Positions 48,967 to 58,948 of a DNA stretch of 64,000 bases are shown in pieces. This stretch comes from an uncultured Verrucomicrobiae bacterium. GTDB taxonomy: Bacteria; Verrucomicrobiota; Verrucomicrobiia; Chthoniobacterales; UBA10450. Positions within the stretch are counted from its first letter, which is position 1. Each line of letters opens with the position of its first letter. The stretch lies in NCBI GenBank assembly GCA_963815455.1, contig CAWFGO010000003.1:640001-704000 (forward strand), read 5' to 3'. Position numbers and translations under genes: made by a program. Under the pieces are notes generated by a model. It did no database searches. It saw only the letters and a list, made by a program, of their open reading frames with translations, and had not been told where the DNA came from.

Positions 48967-51900
48967 ATGAAAACAAATTCTTCGTCAGCAGCTGCGCGCG
49001 TCCTCCTGGTGACGCCGTTCTTAATAATCAGCCTGTTTTTTTTCGCGCTCGCATTCTCGAACTTGGTGGCGGGCGATTCCGGCCGGGCGATGACCAGCAG
49101 AAATTCCCCGGACGCCGTTGTCCCGACGAACTTCAGCGGCACATTCGATCCGCATGCCTATCCCTGCGCAACGGCGCGACATCATTTCATGGTGCCGGCC
49201 GGCCAGGCCCGCATTGTTGTTCATGTCGATGCTCTCCTTCCAGCCAACGATATCACCGTAACTTTGCTATACGGTCCCGATCCGCTGCCGGTATTCGTGC
49301 AAACGGAAGACACCGGCGTGGGTTCGGAGGTCCTTACTTACTCGCCGGGAGCAGTGCCGGCGGGCGAATACCAGGTGCAGATTTGCCAGGCCGGCAATGC
49401 GGCAGTGTCGATGCCCCCGTATGATTACAACGGAGTTTTCGCTTATGACGATGCCGGAGTCGGGACGCCCCCTCCGCCGACAGGGCCTCTCACTGCAGCG
49501 CCTCAGGACCCCGGCGCGAAAGTTGGTTACGAAAATTTTGAGCCACCGGGAGTTCTGACACCGACAGTCGTCACGAGCTCCGGTGGTGTAACGGTGGAAT
49601 ATCTGGGGCGCTACGCGATCGAGCCTTCGATCGGTGCGAACTGGAACACCGGCACGATCAGTTATCAAAGCGATCTGGAGACATTATTCGTTACCTTCGA
49701 CGATTCCTGTTCGTTAATGACTCCCAAGGCGACCTGGGTCAACCGGCCGGCCAATATCTCGATCCTGGTCGATAGCGATCCGATTCTTTTTACCGATCGG
49801 CAAACCAATCGGACCTTTGCCTCGTCGCTGACGCTACTGAGTCCGAGCACGGCGAAGAATGCTTATACCGATAACGACGGCCTGAACTGGACACCGACCC
49901 AGACCGGCGGCATCGCCTCGGCGGTCGATCACCAGACAATCGGTGGCGGGCCCTTTCATGCGCCGCTGATTCCGCCGCCGCCTCCGGCCTATCAGAATGC
50001 TGTGTATTATTGCTCGCAAGACATCGCCTTTGCTTCCTGCGCGCTGAGTGTTGATGGCGGCCTTACTTATGGCCCGGCCATTCCGATGTACGCTCTTACT
50101 GCCTGCGGAGGATTGCATGGACACGTCAAGGTGGCGCCTGATGGAACGGTCTATCTCCCGAACCGCTCCTGTAGCGGAGCCCAATCCGTTGTCGTGTCGG
50201 AGGACAACGGAACAACGTGGCAAGTGCGCCCGGTCCATACGCTCACCCAAAGTGCCGCTCCATCGACAGTGGGGAGTGGTGACGACCCGGCGGTTTCCAT
50301 CGACAGCGCCGGCAAGGTTTATTTCGCGTTCTCAAACTTCGGCACCCAAGCGGGCGTTGCCGTCTCGAGCGATCATGGATTGACCTGGACCAACATGGTT
50401 GACGTTGGTGCTCCATATGGCCTCAACAACGTCTGTTTTCCAGCCGCCACTGCCGGCGATGCCGGTCGGGCAGCAGTCACGTTCTATGGCTCGGTCACGC
50501 CTAACGGCGGAGCAAATGGAAATTCCAACAACGGAACGTTCAACGGGGTGTGGCATCTCTTTGTCGCTCACACCTTCGACGGAGGATCGACATGGACAAC
50601 CACAGACGTAACCCCGACGATGCCGATGCAGCGCAGTGGTCTGTTGCGCGGCGGCGGCGCCGATGCCTGGCGGAATCTGGCAGATTTCTATGATCTCACG
50701 ACGGACAAGGATGGCCGGGTTCTCGTTGGCTACAGCAACGGATGCGCCGGTGGAAATTGTGGACAGGCGCCGGTCAATCCTGACGGCACTTCTCCAGTAA
50801 AAGGCAACGCCTATAGCTCGGTGGCATCGATTGCCCGGCAGTCGAGCGGTCGCAGGATGCTTGCCGCCCACGATCCGGGTTCGCTCACATCTGAGCCGGG
50901 AATGCCATTCGTGACTCACTTGCGAAAAGGAAACAGCGTTAGCCTGATGTGGAATCAAGCCGACACCGGAAATTCGCCGATCACCGGATATCAGATACTG
51001 CGCAGCACAACGCCCGGGACCGAAACACCGTTCGCGACCGTGACAGGCACGCAAACTGGAGGCAGTTATACCGACACCACGGCGACCGATCGGACAGTGA
51101 CGTATTATTACAAGGTTGTCGCCCAAAATGGCGTGGGCAATTCATGCCCGAATAATGAGATCGCGGCGCCCTTTATTGGCGACACCTGCACAGGCCTCAT
51201 CATTCATCGCAACGATCCGTCGCACCCGGAAAGTACCGGAGGGGGCAGTGCCGGCCAGCCTCCCACTCCACAACTTCTGATCGATTACATTGCCGTGGGC
51301 GAACCGGCCGGCACCGATAATCTCGTGTTCAAAATGAAGCTGGTCGATTTGAGCACGCTCCCGCCGAATAGCCGGTGGCGTATTTCGTGGGATTGGTACA
51401 ACCCGACCCTCGACACGCAGCTCTATTACATCGGGATGAGGACCGATGAAAACGGCGCGGTCTCGTTCGAATATGGCACGCTGGCCGATGCCGGCGTTCC
51501 AGCCGTGCTCGTGCTTGGGGAGACGATGCGCGGTCCGTGTTTGCCGGAGACCAATTACTCGAGCGACGGCACGATTACCATGTACGTTCCCCGATCGGCG
51601 GTGGGCAATCCGCAGCCGGGCGACCTGTTAGGCGCAATCGCTGGCAAGACGATCACAGGCGATACGCCGGATACCAACACATTGGAACGTTCCACCTCGT
51701 TTGTGGATCACACATTCATCAAAGGCACGGCCGACACCGCCTATCCCGCCGCGACCTACACGATCGTCGGCAACACCACCTGTCCCTCGGGCGTTATCGT
51801 ACCGGTGGGCGCGGTGTCGCGCAAAACTCACGGCAGCGCGGGCGATTGGGATATTGATCTCCCACTCACTGGCAACCCCGGCATTGAATGTCGGAAGGGC

Positions 51901-52320
51901 CAGGGCGCCAATTCAAATCAACACAAGGTGATCGTGACCTTCAATAATCCCGTTACGATCAATGGAAATCCGCAGGCTACCGTCACATCGGGAAATGGGC
52001 AGGTCGACAACGTCGCCATTAATGGATCGGTAGTGACTGTCGATCTTAGCGGCATCGATAACGCGCAGACAATTGCGCTTACATTGAACAATGTGACCGA
52101 TGGCACAAACGCCGGCAACGTCACCGTGCCGATGAGCGTTCTCCTAGGCGATACCAATGCCAACCGCCTAGTTAACAGCTCGGACATCAGCCAGACCAAG
52201 GCGCAAAGTGGAAATGCCGTTAGCGCATCCAATTTCCGTGAGGACGTCAATGCGAACGGTGAAATCAACAGCTCCGATATCGCCGTAGTCAAAGCCCAAT
52301 CGGGGACAGCGCTTCCGTAG
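48967..52320 (+). CDS. Large secreted BNR/Asp-box (sialidase-like propeller) protein with FN3 and dockerin-like C-terminus
   Basis: Signal peptide; Asp-boxes SVDGGLTY, SEDNGTTW, SSDHGLTW, TFDGGSTW; FN3 (ITGYQILR..YYYKVVAQN); twin GDTNANRLVNSSDI / DVNANGEINSSDI. Confidence 0.8.
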   Translation: MKTNSSSAAARVLLVTPFLIISLFFFALAFSNLVAGDSGRAMTSRNSPDAVVPTNFSGTFDPHAYPCATARHHFMVPAGQARIVVHVDALLPANDITVTLLYGPDPLPVFVQTEDTGVGSEVLTYSPGAVPAGEYQVQICQAGNAAVSMPPYDYNGVFAYDDAGVGTPPPPTGPLTAAPQDPGAKVGYENFEPPGVLTPTVVTSSGGVTVEYLGRYAIEPSIGANWNTGTISYQSDLETLFVTFDDSCSLMTPKATWVNRPANISILVDSDPILFTDRQTNRTFASSLTLLSPSTAKNAYTDNDGLNWTPTQTGGIASAVDHQTIGGGPFHAPLIPPPPPAYQNAVYYCSQDIAFASCALSVDGGLTYGPAIPMYALTACGGLHGHVKVAPDGTVYLPNRSCSGAQSVVVSEDNGTTWQVRPVHTLTQSAAPSTVGSGDDPAVSIDSAGKVYFAFSNFGTQAGVAVSSDHGLTWTNMVDVGAPYGLNNVCFPAATAGDAGRAAVTFYGSVTPNGGANGNSNNGTFNGVWHLFVAHTFDGGSTWTTTDVTPTMPMQRSGLLRGGGADAWRNLADFYDLTTDKDGRVLVGYSNGCAGGNCGQAPVNPDGTSPVKGNAYSSVASIARQSSGRRMLAAHDPGSLTSEPGMPFVTHLRKGNSVSLMWNQADTGNSPITGYQILRSTTPGTETPFATVTGTQTGGSYTDTTATDRTVTYYYKVVAQNGVGNSCPNNEIAAPFIGDTCTGLIIHRNDPSHPESTGGGSAGQPPTPQLLIDYIAVGEPAGTDNLVFKMKLVDLSTLPPNSRWRISWDWYNPTLDTQLYYIGMRTDENGAVSFEYGTLADAGVPAVLVLGETMRGPCLPETNYSSDGTITMYVPRSAVGNPQPGDLLGAIAGKTITGDTPDTNTLERSTSFVDHTFIKGTADTAYPAATYTIVGNTTCPSGVIVPVGAVSRKTHGSAGDWDIDLPLTGNPGIECRKGQGANSNQHKVIVTFNNPVTINGNPQATVTSGNGQVDNVAINGSVVTVDLSGIDNAQTIALTLNNVTDGTNAGNVTVPMSVLLGDTNANRLVNSSDISQTKAQSGNAVSASNFREDVNANGEINSSDIAVVKAQSGTALP

Positions 52321-52449
52321 CGGACATCCTAAACAATTGGTATTACCGCGCAGGCGCAGGGCGTTGGCTTGAGCCAACGCCCTGTGCTCCGGTGGCGAAG
52401 CATCTGGAGTTGTTGCCGAAACCGCGTTATTGCATTAAGCCGGTCTAGG

Positions 52450-52923
52450 ATGTCTACCGCCATTCAGCCGCGCCGCCGCTCTTTTGCCGAGGGCAAGCGT
52501 ACGTTCATGATCGTGGCCAGCCAGTTCAACGCGCCCTTTGTGCAGGGTCTCATCGATCATGCCACCCGAGAATTGCAGACCCTCGCGCCCAACGCAACGA
52601 CCTCACTTCAACGGGTGCCGGGCGCATTCGAGATTCCAGTCGTCGTGCGCCAATTCGCGCTGCAAAAAGCAGCGGATGCCATCATCGCCTGCGGCGTGAT
52701 CTTGAAAGGCGAGACGGGTCACGCGGAAAATCTCAGCCGCTCGGTGACCGACGCGCTGCAACGCATCGCGGTCGATCACGGCGTTCCCGTGATCAACGCG
52801 GTCCTTAGTTTCGATACCGAATCGCAAGCGCGCGAGCGTTGTCTCGAGGACCGGATCAACCGCGGGACTGAGGCCGCACGCGCGGCCGTGGAAATCGCCA
52901 ATGTGATGTCGGAGCTTCGATAA
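52450..52923 (+). CDS. ribH: 6,7-dimethyl-8-ribityllumazine synthase
   Basis: IVASQFN, VPGAFEIP, GVILKGETGH, NRGTEAARAAVE; upstream of nusB. Confidence 0.9.
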   Translation: MSTAIQPRRRSFAEGKRTFMIVASQFNAPFVQGLIDHATRELQTLAPNATTSLQRVPGAFEIPVVVRQFALQKAADAIIACGVILKGETGHAENLSRSVTDALQRIAVDHGVPVINAVLSFDTESQARERCLEDRINRGTEAARAAVEIANVMSELR

Positions 52924-52927
52924 TTTC

Positions 52928-53380
52928 ATGGGCAAGCGCCGCCGAGCCCGCGAAGTGGCCATTCAATACCATTTCTGGCGCGATCTCCAGGGCGGCGCCG
53001 GTCCCGAGCGGATCGATGATTTCTGGGAATTTTGTCCGGTCAAACCGAGCGTGCGCGAGTTTGCCCAGCCGCTTATCGAAGGAATGGTTACCCACCTGCC
53101 GGAGATCGACGACCGTATTCGCCGCTATTGCGAGAACTACGATTTCCATCGCATCTCCGCGGTCGATCGGAATGTCTTACGTCTGGCCATCTTCGAAATG
53201 CTGTATCGCGACGACATTCCGCCGGTGGTCTCGATCAACGAAGCGATCGAGCTGGCCAAGACTTTTGGCGGCGGTGAATCCGGCCGTTTCGTTAACGGCA
53301 TCCTCGACCGGGTGAGAAAAGATTTGACCAGACCGTCCCGTGAAGCGGTCGCGTCGTCGCAGAAGGAGAGCCCGGATTAA
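52928..53380 (+). CDS. nusB: Transcription antitermination factor NusB
   Basis: RRRAREVAIQ, VDRNVLRLA, SINEAIELAK, FVNGILD. Confidence 0.95.
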   Translation: MGKRRRAREVAIQYHFWRDLQGGAGPERIDDFWEFCPVKPSVREFAQPLIEGMVTHLPEIDDRIRRYCENYDFHRISAVDRNVLRLAIFEMLYRDDIPPVVSINEAIELAKTFGGGESGRFVNGILDRVRKDLTRPSREAVASSQKESPD

Positions 53381-53397
53381 GACCCGGCAAACAAGCG

Positions 53398-53473
53398 TGT
53401 CATCCCGAGCGGAGCGAGGAATCTCTCGAAGCTCTATGAGATTGAGAGATGTTTCGCTTTGCTCAACATGACA
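53398..53473. repeat. TGTCAT...ATGACA palindromic element, copy E (no nested insert)
   Basis: tgtcatcccgagcggagcgaggaatctctc...gagagatgtttcgctttgctcaacatgaca. Confidence 0.85.
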
Positions 53474-53513
53474 GGCTTTGTGGTGGCCGCGCCTCTTACC
53501 CGCCGTCGCATCA

Positions 53514-54362
53514 ATGAAGTTCCTCGAAACCCTCGCCCAACAATTCAGCGGTAAGCCGATCGATTGGGACCAACTCGAAGAATCACTCATCCGCGCCGAT
53601 CTCGGCGTGCCGATGACTTCACGAATTCTCAAAACGTTGCAGGACCAGGAAGCCTGGTCCTTGCTCGGAATCAGCGACGTCATCAAAGTCGCCCGCGAAG
53701 AAATCTCCCGGATTCTGCCGAACAAACCCGCCCCGATTCGTCCAGGGCCAGGAAAACCCGTCGTGATCCTGATTGTTGGTGTGAATGGCACCGGCAAAAC
53801 AACATCGACAGCGAAACTCGCGCATTATCTACAACAAGATCGACATCGTATCATGCTCGCCGCGGCGGACACGTTTCGCGCCGCGGCGATCGAACAGCTC
53901 GGCATTTGGGCCGAACGCTTAGGCGTCGAAATGGTTCGCGGTCAATACAACGCCGATCCGGCTGCGCTTTGTTACGAGGCCTATCAGGCCGCCGCCAAAC
54001 GAAAGGCCGATTTCCTGCTGTGCGATACTGCCGGCCGGCAACACACCAAAACAAATCTCATGGCCGAGCTTCAAAAAGTGAAACGAACGCTGACCAAGCT
54101 CGATCCGGAAGCGCCGCCGGAGACGTTTCTCGTTGTCGATGCTACAACGGGAGGCAACGCCCTCAGCCAGGCCCGCGAATTTCATCATGCGCTTGGTCTG
54201 GCCGGACTGATTGTCACCAAACTCGACGGCAGCGGCCAGGGCGGCGTCGTCGTTGCCATTCAGGACGAGCTCGGAATTCCCGCGAGATTCATTGGCACCG
54301 GAGAAAAAATTGAGGACTTCGCGCCGTTCGACGGGCGCGAGTTTGTCGCCAAGATGTTGTAG
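53514..54362 (+). CDS. ftsY: SRP receptor FtsY (NG domain only)
   Basis: GVNGTGKTT, DTFRAAA, DTAGR, TKLDG, IGTGEKIED. Confidence 0.93.
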   Translation: MKFLETLAQQFSGKPIDWDQLEESLIRADLGVPMTSRILKTLQDQEAWSLLGISDVIKVAREEISRILPNKPAPIRPGPGKPVVILIVGVNGTGKTTSTAKLAHYLQQDRHRIMLAAADTFRAAAIEQLGIWAERLGVEMVRGQYNADPAALCYEAYQAAAKRKADFLLCDTAGRQHTKTNLMAELQKVKRTLTKLDPEAPPETFLVVDATTGGNALSQAREFHHALGLAGLIVTKLDGSGQGGVVVAIQDELGIPARFIGTGEKIEDFAPFDGREFVAKML

Positions 54363-54377
54363 CCGAAGTTCAAACCC

Positions 54378-55883
54378 GTGGGAGAGCCAATCAAAGAAAC
54401 GTTCGCGCCGGAAGACGGTGTTGTTCCAGTCGCGGCGACCGGTTTACGCGGATTTCTCGCGAAATTCACCGTCTTAAAGGGAGCTCAACGCGAGCTGTGG
54501 CTCACGTTTCTAATCAAATTTCTCATCTTCACGCCCTACATGCTCACGTACCTAACGATGAAACTGTGGCTTTCGAAAGATCTCGGCTTTAGCGATCAAG
54601 CAGCGGTGTTGCTCGTCACTTTGGTTTTTGGGACGGCGATGACGGTCTTTACCTTGCTGGTTGGCTCAGTCACAGATGCGATTGGATTGCGTCGAACCTT
54701 TTTCTTGGGCGCTACTATCTGCACGGTTGCTCGGGGCGTAATGGTCTTTGCTACAATTCCCTCGCTGGCGCTTGCCTGCGGCGTGCTCCCACTAGCGGTC
54801 GGTGAAGCGCTTGGCACGCCGGTGCTGCTGGCCGCAACGCGGCGCTATTCCACAATCGCTCAGCGCTCGATCTCGTTCTCAATCATCTACGCGGTGATGA
54901 ACATCGCCTACACCGCTGCGGGATGGATTTTTGATTACGTTCGTAAACTGAACTTGCATTTTAGCTTGTTTGGATTCGCGCCAACGACGTATCAACAACT
55001 ATTCATCGTCAGCCTTGCCTTCGAGATCGCGGTCTTTCCGGTGATTTATTTTCTCCGCCGAGGAGCGGACGATCCAGACAAAAGTGCGGTCGTCGCCCAA
55101 GCGTCCCGCAGTCGCGATACAGTGGCGGCATTCTGGAAGGGTATTACCGAAACAATCCGGCATAGTGCGGTCGACACGGCACAGCTTTTTCGCCGATTGA
55201 TCGGCCAGTCCGCCTTCTACCGCTTGCTTGTTTTCTTTCTCTTCATCGGATTTCTCAAAGCCATCTTTATTGCGATGCAAACCATCTTTCCGACGTTCGG
55301 CATTCGTGAGCTCGGTCAAGACGCTCCGGTTGGAAAAATTAACGCTATCAACGCAATCGTTATCATTTTCCTGGCGCCGGTCGTAGGCGCGTTGACGCAA
55401 AAGATCACGTCCTATCGAATGGTCGTGTTCGGTGGAACGATTTGTGCAGCTTCGGTTTTCCTAATGGCGTTGCCGACGGAATGGTTCGTGCCTGCCGCTG
55501 ACAGCGGTATCGGACAATGGTTCGGTCACGGCTACCTGGGATTATTCGGCGGTATTAATCCCTATTACATCATGGCTGCGCTCTATCTAATCGTGTTTTC
55601 GATTGGAGAAGCCTTCTACTCGCCACGCACCTACGAGTATGCAGCCGCAATTGCCCCGAAAGGGCAGGAAGCCTCGTACGGTTCGCTTGCCTACCTGCCA
55701 TTCCTTGTGGGCAAGCTCCTTGTCGCCCCTGGGGGCTGGCTGTTGGCCGCGTTCTGTCCCGAGCACGGCCCGCGCCGTTCCGAAATAATGTGGCTCATCT
55801 TTGCTCTGGCAGCTTCGGTTGCGCCGCTTGGGTTGATTGCTTTTCGTCGCTATATTCGTGTTCCCGAAGCCGGTCGAGATTGA
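54378..55883 (+). CDS. MFS transporter (POT/peptide transporter-like)
   Basis: GSVTDAIGLRR motif A, FSIIYAVMN, SIGEAFYSPR..EY..APKG. Confidence 0.8.
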   Translation: MGEPIKETFAPEDGVVPVAATGLRGFLAKFTVLKGAQRELWLTFLIKFLIFTPYMLTYLTMKLWLSKDLGFSDQAAVLLVTLVFGTAMTVFTLLVGSVTDAIGLRRTFFLGATICTVARGVMVFATIPSLALACGVLPLAVGEALGTPVLLAATRRYSTIAQRSISFSIIYAVMNIAYTAAGWIFDYVRKLNLHFSLFGFAPTTYQQLFIVSLAFEIAVFPVIYFLRRGADDPDKSAVVAQASRSRDTVAAFWKGITETIRHSAVDTAQLFRRLIGQSAFYRLLVFFLFIGFLKAIFIAMQTIFPTFGIRELGQDAPVGKINAINAIVIIFLAPVVGALTQKITSYRMVVFGGTICAASVFLMALPTEWFVPAADSGIGQWFGHGYLGLFGGINPYYIMAALYLIVFSIGEAFYSPRTYEYAAAIAPKGQEASYGSLAYLPFLVGKLLVAPGGWLLAAFCPEHGPRRSEIMWLIFALAASVAPLGLIAFRRYIRVPEAGRD

Positions 55884-55973
55884 ACCGCCTGCCGGCAAAT
55901 TTGTCCAAGAATCCGGACTGCATTAACTTCCTCCGCGGGAGACTCAATTCCCCCGCGAATGGGTTTTCAAACA

Positions 55974-56564
55974 ATGAATAACGCAAGATCAGATCAAAAG
56001 ACCGGCTCACGATGGAGCCTCTGGCTCAGCTTGGTCGTGGCAATTTCTGTCGTCGCCGGATCGATTTTTTTCAGTCATGCTCAAGAACAGAAAACGGAGA
56101 ACGAAAAAGTGGACTCAACGAAACCAGCTCCTAGCGAGGCCGAGCTGCGGAAGAAGCTCAGCGACAGTCAATATCGAGTGATGCGGGAATGCGGAACGGA
56201 GCCGCCGTTCAACAACCCGTATTGGAACAATCACGCTCCCGGCATTTATGTCGATCCTATCAGCGGCGAACCGCTGTTCAGTTCCACTGATAAATTCGAT
56301 TCCGGCACCGGCTGGCCCAGTTTCACCAAACCAATCGCCAAGGATACCGTCGTGGAAAAACGCGATCCATCTCTCGGGATGGAACGCACCGAAGTCCGCT
56401 CGAAGAAAAGTGATTCGCACCTCGGCCACGTGTTTCCAGATGGCCCCGGCCCGACCGGCCAGCGTTACTGCATTAACTCGGCATCGCTTCGGTTCATTCC
56501 GGTGGAAAAACTGAAGGAAGAAGGCTACGGGGAATACCTGGTTCTTTTCGAGAAAAAGAAGTGA
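55974..56564 (+). CDS. msrB: Exported methionine-R-sulfoxide reductase
   Basis: N-terminal hydrophobic signal; [33 protein letters not shown]. Confidence 0.93.
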   Translation: MNNARSDQKTGSRWSLWLSLVVAISVVAGSIFFSHAQEQKTENEKVDSTKPAPSEAELRKKLSDSQYRVMRECGTEPPFNNPYWNNHAPGIYVDPISGEPLFSSTDKFDSGTGWPSFTKPIAKDTVVEKRDPSLGMERTEVRSKKSDSHLGHVFPDGPGPTGQRYCINSASLRFIPVEKLKEEGYGEYLVLFEKKK

Positions 56565-56607
56565 CGACGGAGGCGGTACTTTGCTTTAATCGCAAAAAAC
56601 CGCTTCC

Positions 56608-57195
56608 ATGAACGGCACCCGAATCACCGCCGACGATACGTCGCGGGTCAGTTTAGCCATCGGCTTCGGCGTAGCCGCGGTGGTCCTTATCGGAGTGGGC
56701 TACCTCGTTTTCTTTGGGTATTCGGTAAAGAAACAGACGGTCGGGTTCGATCCCAATCGGCCGATCCCCAGCAATGAAGTGCTCCGAGCCCGATTAAAAC
56801 CACAGCAGTATCGCGTGATCCGTGAGAATGGAACCGAGACACCTTTCCACAACGATTTTTGGGACAACAACCGCACCGGCATCTACGCCGATATTATCAC
56901 CGGCGAACCGCTATTCCTTTCTTTCGACAAGTTCGACAACAGCACAGGGCAGCTGACGTTCACGAAACCGATCTCGCCGGATCTCATCGTGGAAAAGCCG
57001 GATAATTCACATGGCATGCAGCGCACGGAGATTCGGGCCCGTCGGAGCGACGCCCACCTCGGGCACGTGTTCGCAGATCCGCAATCGCCCACCGGCCGGC
57101 GATATTCTGTTAACTCAGCAGCGTTCCGTTTCATTCCAATCGAACAATTAGAAGCGATGGGATACGAACAATATCGCCCGCTTCTGAACCGGTAG
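56608..57195 (+). CDS. Membrane-anchored MsrB paralogue lacking the catalytic Cys
   Basis: TM anchor; GTETPF, HLGHVF, RYSVNS in place of RYCINS. Confidence 0.85.
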   Translation: MNGTRITADDTSRVSLAIGFGVAAVVLIGVGYLVFFGYSVKKQTVGFDPNRPIPSNEVLRARLKPQQYRVIRENGTETPFHNDFWDNNRTGIYADIITGEPLFLSFDKFDNSTGQLTFTKPISPDLIVEKPDNSHGMQRTEIRARRSDAHLGHVFADPQSPTGRRYSVNSAAFRFIPIEQLEAMGYEQYRPLLNR

Positions 57196-57266
57196 GGCGA
57201 GATGCAGGTCACCGGCCGCGGCCGGTCGGACCGGCAAAACAATTCCACGGCATTGGGCAGCAGTTT

Positions 57267-57292
57267 GCGACGGTCGCGGACCGCCGCTACAG
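57267..57292. repeat. GTAG-type REP
   Basis: Reverse complement ctgtagcggcggtccgcgaccgtcgc matches the copy at 28847. Confidence 0.75.
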
Positions 57293-57302
57293 GAATGGCA
57301 CG

Positions 57303-58241
57303 ATGCCTAGCGATCCGCACAAATCGCACGAAACCTCCGCGCTCATCGCCGGCATCGCCGCTTTCGCCACCTGGGGATTGATTCCAGGCTATTGGAAACT
57401 GCTCAAAGCCGTTCCGGCTACCGAAATTCTCGCGCACAGATTCGTTTGGACCACCGTTTTTCTGGCGGTGCTCCTGAGCTGGCAGCGACGCTGGAGCGAA
57501 GTAAAGAGCAATGCCCAATCTCGACGCGCCGTTGTTTATTGCCTGGCCAGCGGATCGGCTGTGGCGACCAACTGGTTCCTCTTCATCTGGGCGGTGAACA
57601 TCGGCCACGTAATCGAAACCAGCCTCGGTTATTTTATGACACCGCTCATGAACGTCCTCTTCGGCGCGATTTTCTTTCGCGAACGGCTCACCCGTTGGCA
57701 GTTCGCGGCGGTCGCGCTGGCTGTGTTTGGCGTGCTGAATCTCACGTTCGGCTATGGCCATTTCCCATGGATCGCTCTCTCGCTGTGTGTGTCGTTTGGC
57801 CTTTACGGACTGCTCCGGAAAAAATCCGGCACCGCTGCGATCCCGGGATTATTTTTCGAAACCACTTTGCTCGTTCCGCTGGCGATCGTTTATCTCACGG
57901 TGTTGCAGGCAAACGGCAGCCTGATGTTTGGCCAGACGAGTTTGCGGTTGTCGATCCTACTCGTCGCCAGCGGTATCGTGACTGCGGTCCCCCTGCTCTG
58001 GTTTGGCTACGCCACACGACACTTGCGTCTGACGACTGTCGGCTTCCTGCAATACCTGGCGCCCACCGGCACATTTTTCCTCGGTGTCTTTCTTTACCAC
58101 GAACCGTTCACCCGCGGTCATCTCATCACGTTTAGTTGCATCTGGATCGCGCTCGCCATTTTCACCGGAGAAGCAATTTTGCGGTGGCGATCGACGCGGG
58201 CGAGACAGGCGGTTGCCGAATCTGTTTGCGAGCCGATCTGA
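57303..58241 (+). CDS. rarD: RarD/EamA transporter
   Basis: WGLIPGYWK, EILAHR, SLGYFMTPL, SFGLYGLLRK, GFLQYLAPT. Confidence 0.9.
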   Translation: MPSDPHKSHETSALIAGIAAFATWGLIPGYWKLLKAVPATEILAHRFVWTTVFLAVLLSWQRRWSEVKSNAQSRRAVVYCLASGSAVATNWFLFIWAVNIGHVIETSLGYFMTPLMNVLFGAIFFRERLTRWQFAAVALAVFGVLNLTFGYGHFPWIALSLCVSFGLYGLLRKKSGTAAIPGLFFETTLLVPLAIVYLTVLQANGSLMFGQTSLRLSILLVASGIVTAVPLLWFGYATRHLRLTTVGFLQYLAPTGTFFLGVFLYHEPFTRGHLITFSCIWIALAIFTGEAILRWRSTRARQAVAESVCEPI

Positions 58242-58294
58242 TTAGGCAGGTGCAGTTGCATGGATGTCGATCCTCTATTCTTGTTACATCGACA

Positions 58295-58816
58295 ATGACC
58301 AAAGACGACTTCGATTACGCGATCGAGAATACGCAGGTGATTCTCGCACCCGAGCAGCAGATTGCGACGTTCGGCAATACCAGTTTCAATTTCTATCTCA
58401 TTTCCGAATTAATGGATCGGGTCGATCAAGTCCGGGTCCGTAACGGAAAAATCCACGCCGAGCGGCCGCAAATTCTTACGCCGGAACATTATTCCAAGCT
58501 GTTGCTGGACGGTTTCGGCGACAAAGCACAGCGCTATGTCGATCAATTACGCGAACGTCTGCACAACATCGCGGTGCTGCGTTACGGCTTCCAATTTCGC
58601 AAAACGGATGTGACCGAGGAAACGCTGCGAGATTCGATGGACGCCGTGATTAGCCGCACCAAGCGCCGCGTCGAAAACGAAAACGAACCGCTCAGCGCCG
58701 TCATCCAGGGCGTCGATGACGCCTGGGAAGTATGCCTGCTCAAGTTCACCATCGACATGATCGAAAGGTCGAGCGGCAGCAACATCGGCGACTTTCGCAA
58801 ACGCGGACTTATTTAA
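58295..58816 (+). CDS. Hypothetical protein
   Basis: Clean globular-looking ORF in the coding direction; no family recognised. Confidence 0.7.
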   Translation: MTKDDFDYAIENTQVILAPEQQIATFGNTSFNFYLISELMDRVDQVRVRNGKIHAERPQILTPEHYSKLLLDGFGDKAQRYVDQLRERLHNIAVLRYGFQFRKTDVTEETLRDSMDAVISRTKRRVENENEPLSAVIQGVDDAWEVCLLKFTIDMIERSSGSNIGDFRKRGLI

Positions 58817-58948
58817 GATCGACTGTTAAGAGCTTGATAACGATGAATCGCTCCTAGGTACAATCCGCCAGATTTCAACGCGTACGTTTTCCACAGTTCC
58901 ACTTAGCAGAGGCAGAGCAGCTGGTCGTTTCACCGGCCCGTTAAGACC

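Noticed and set aside
57100..57120. Selenocysteine MsrB
   Set aside because: The catalytic position is TCT (Ser), not TGA.
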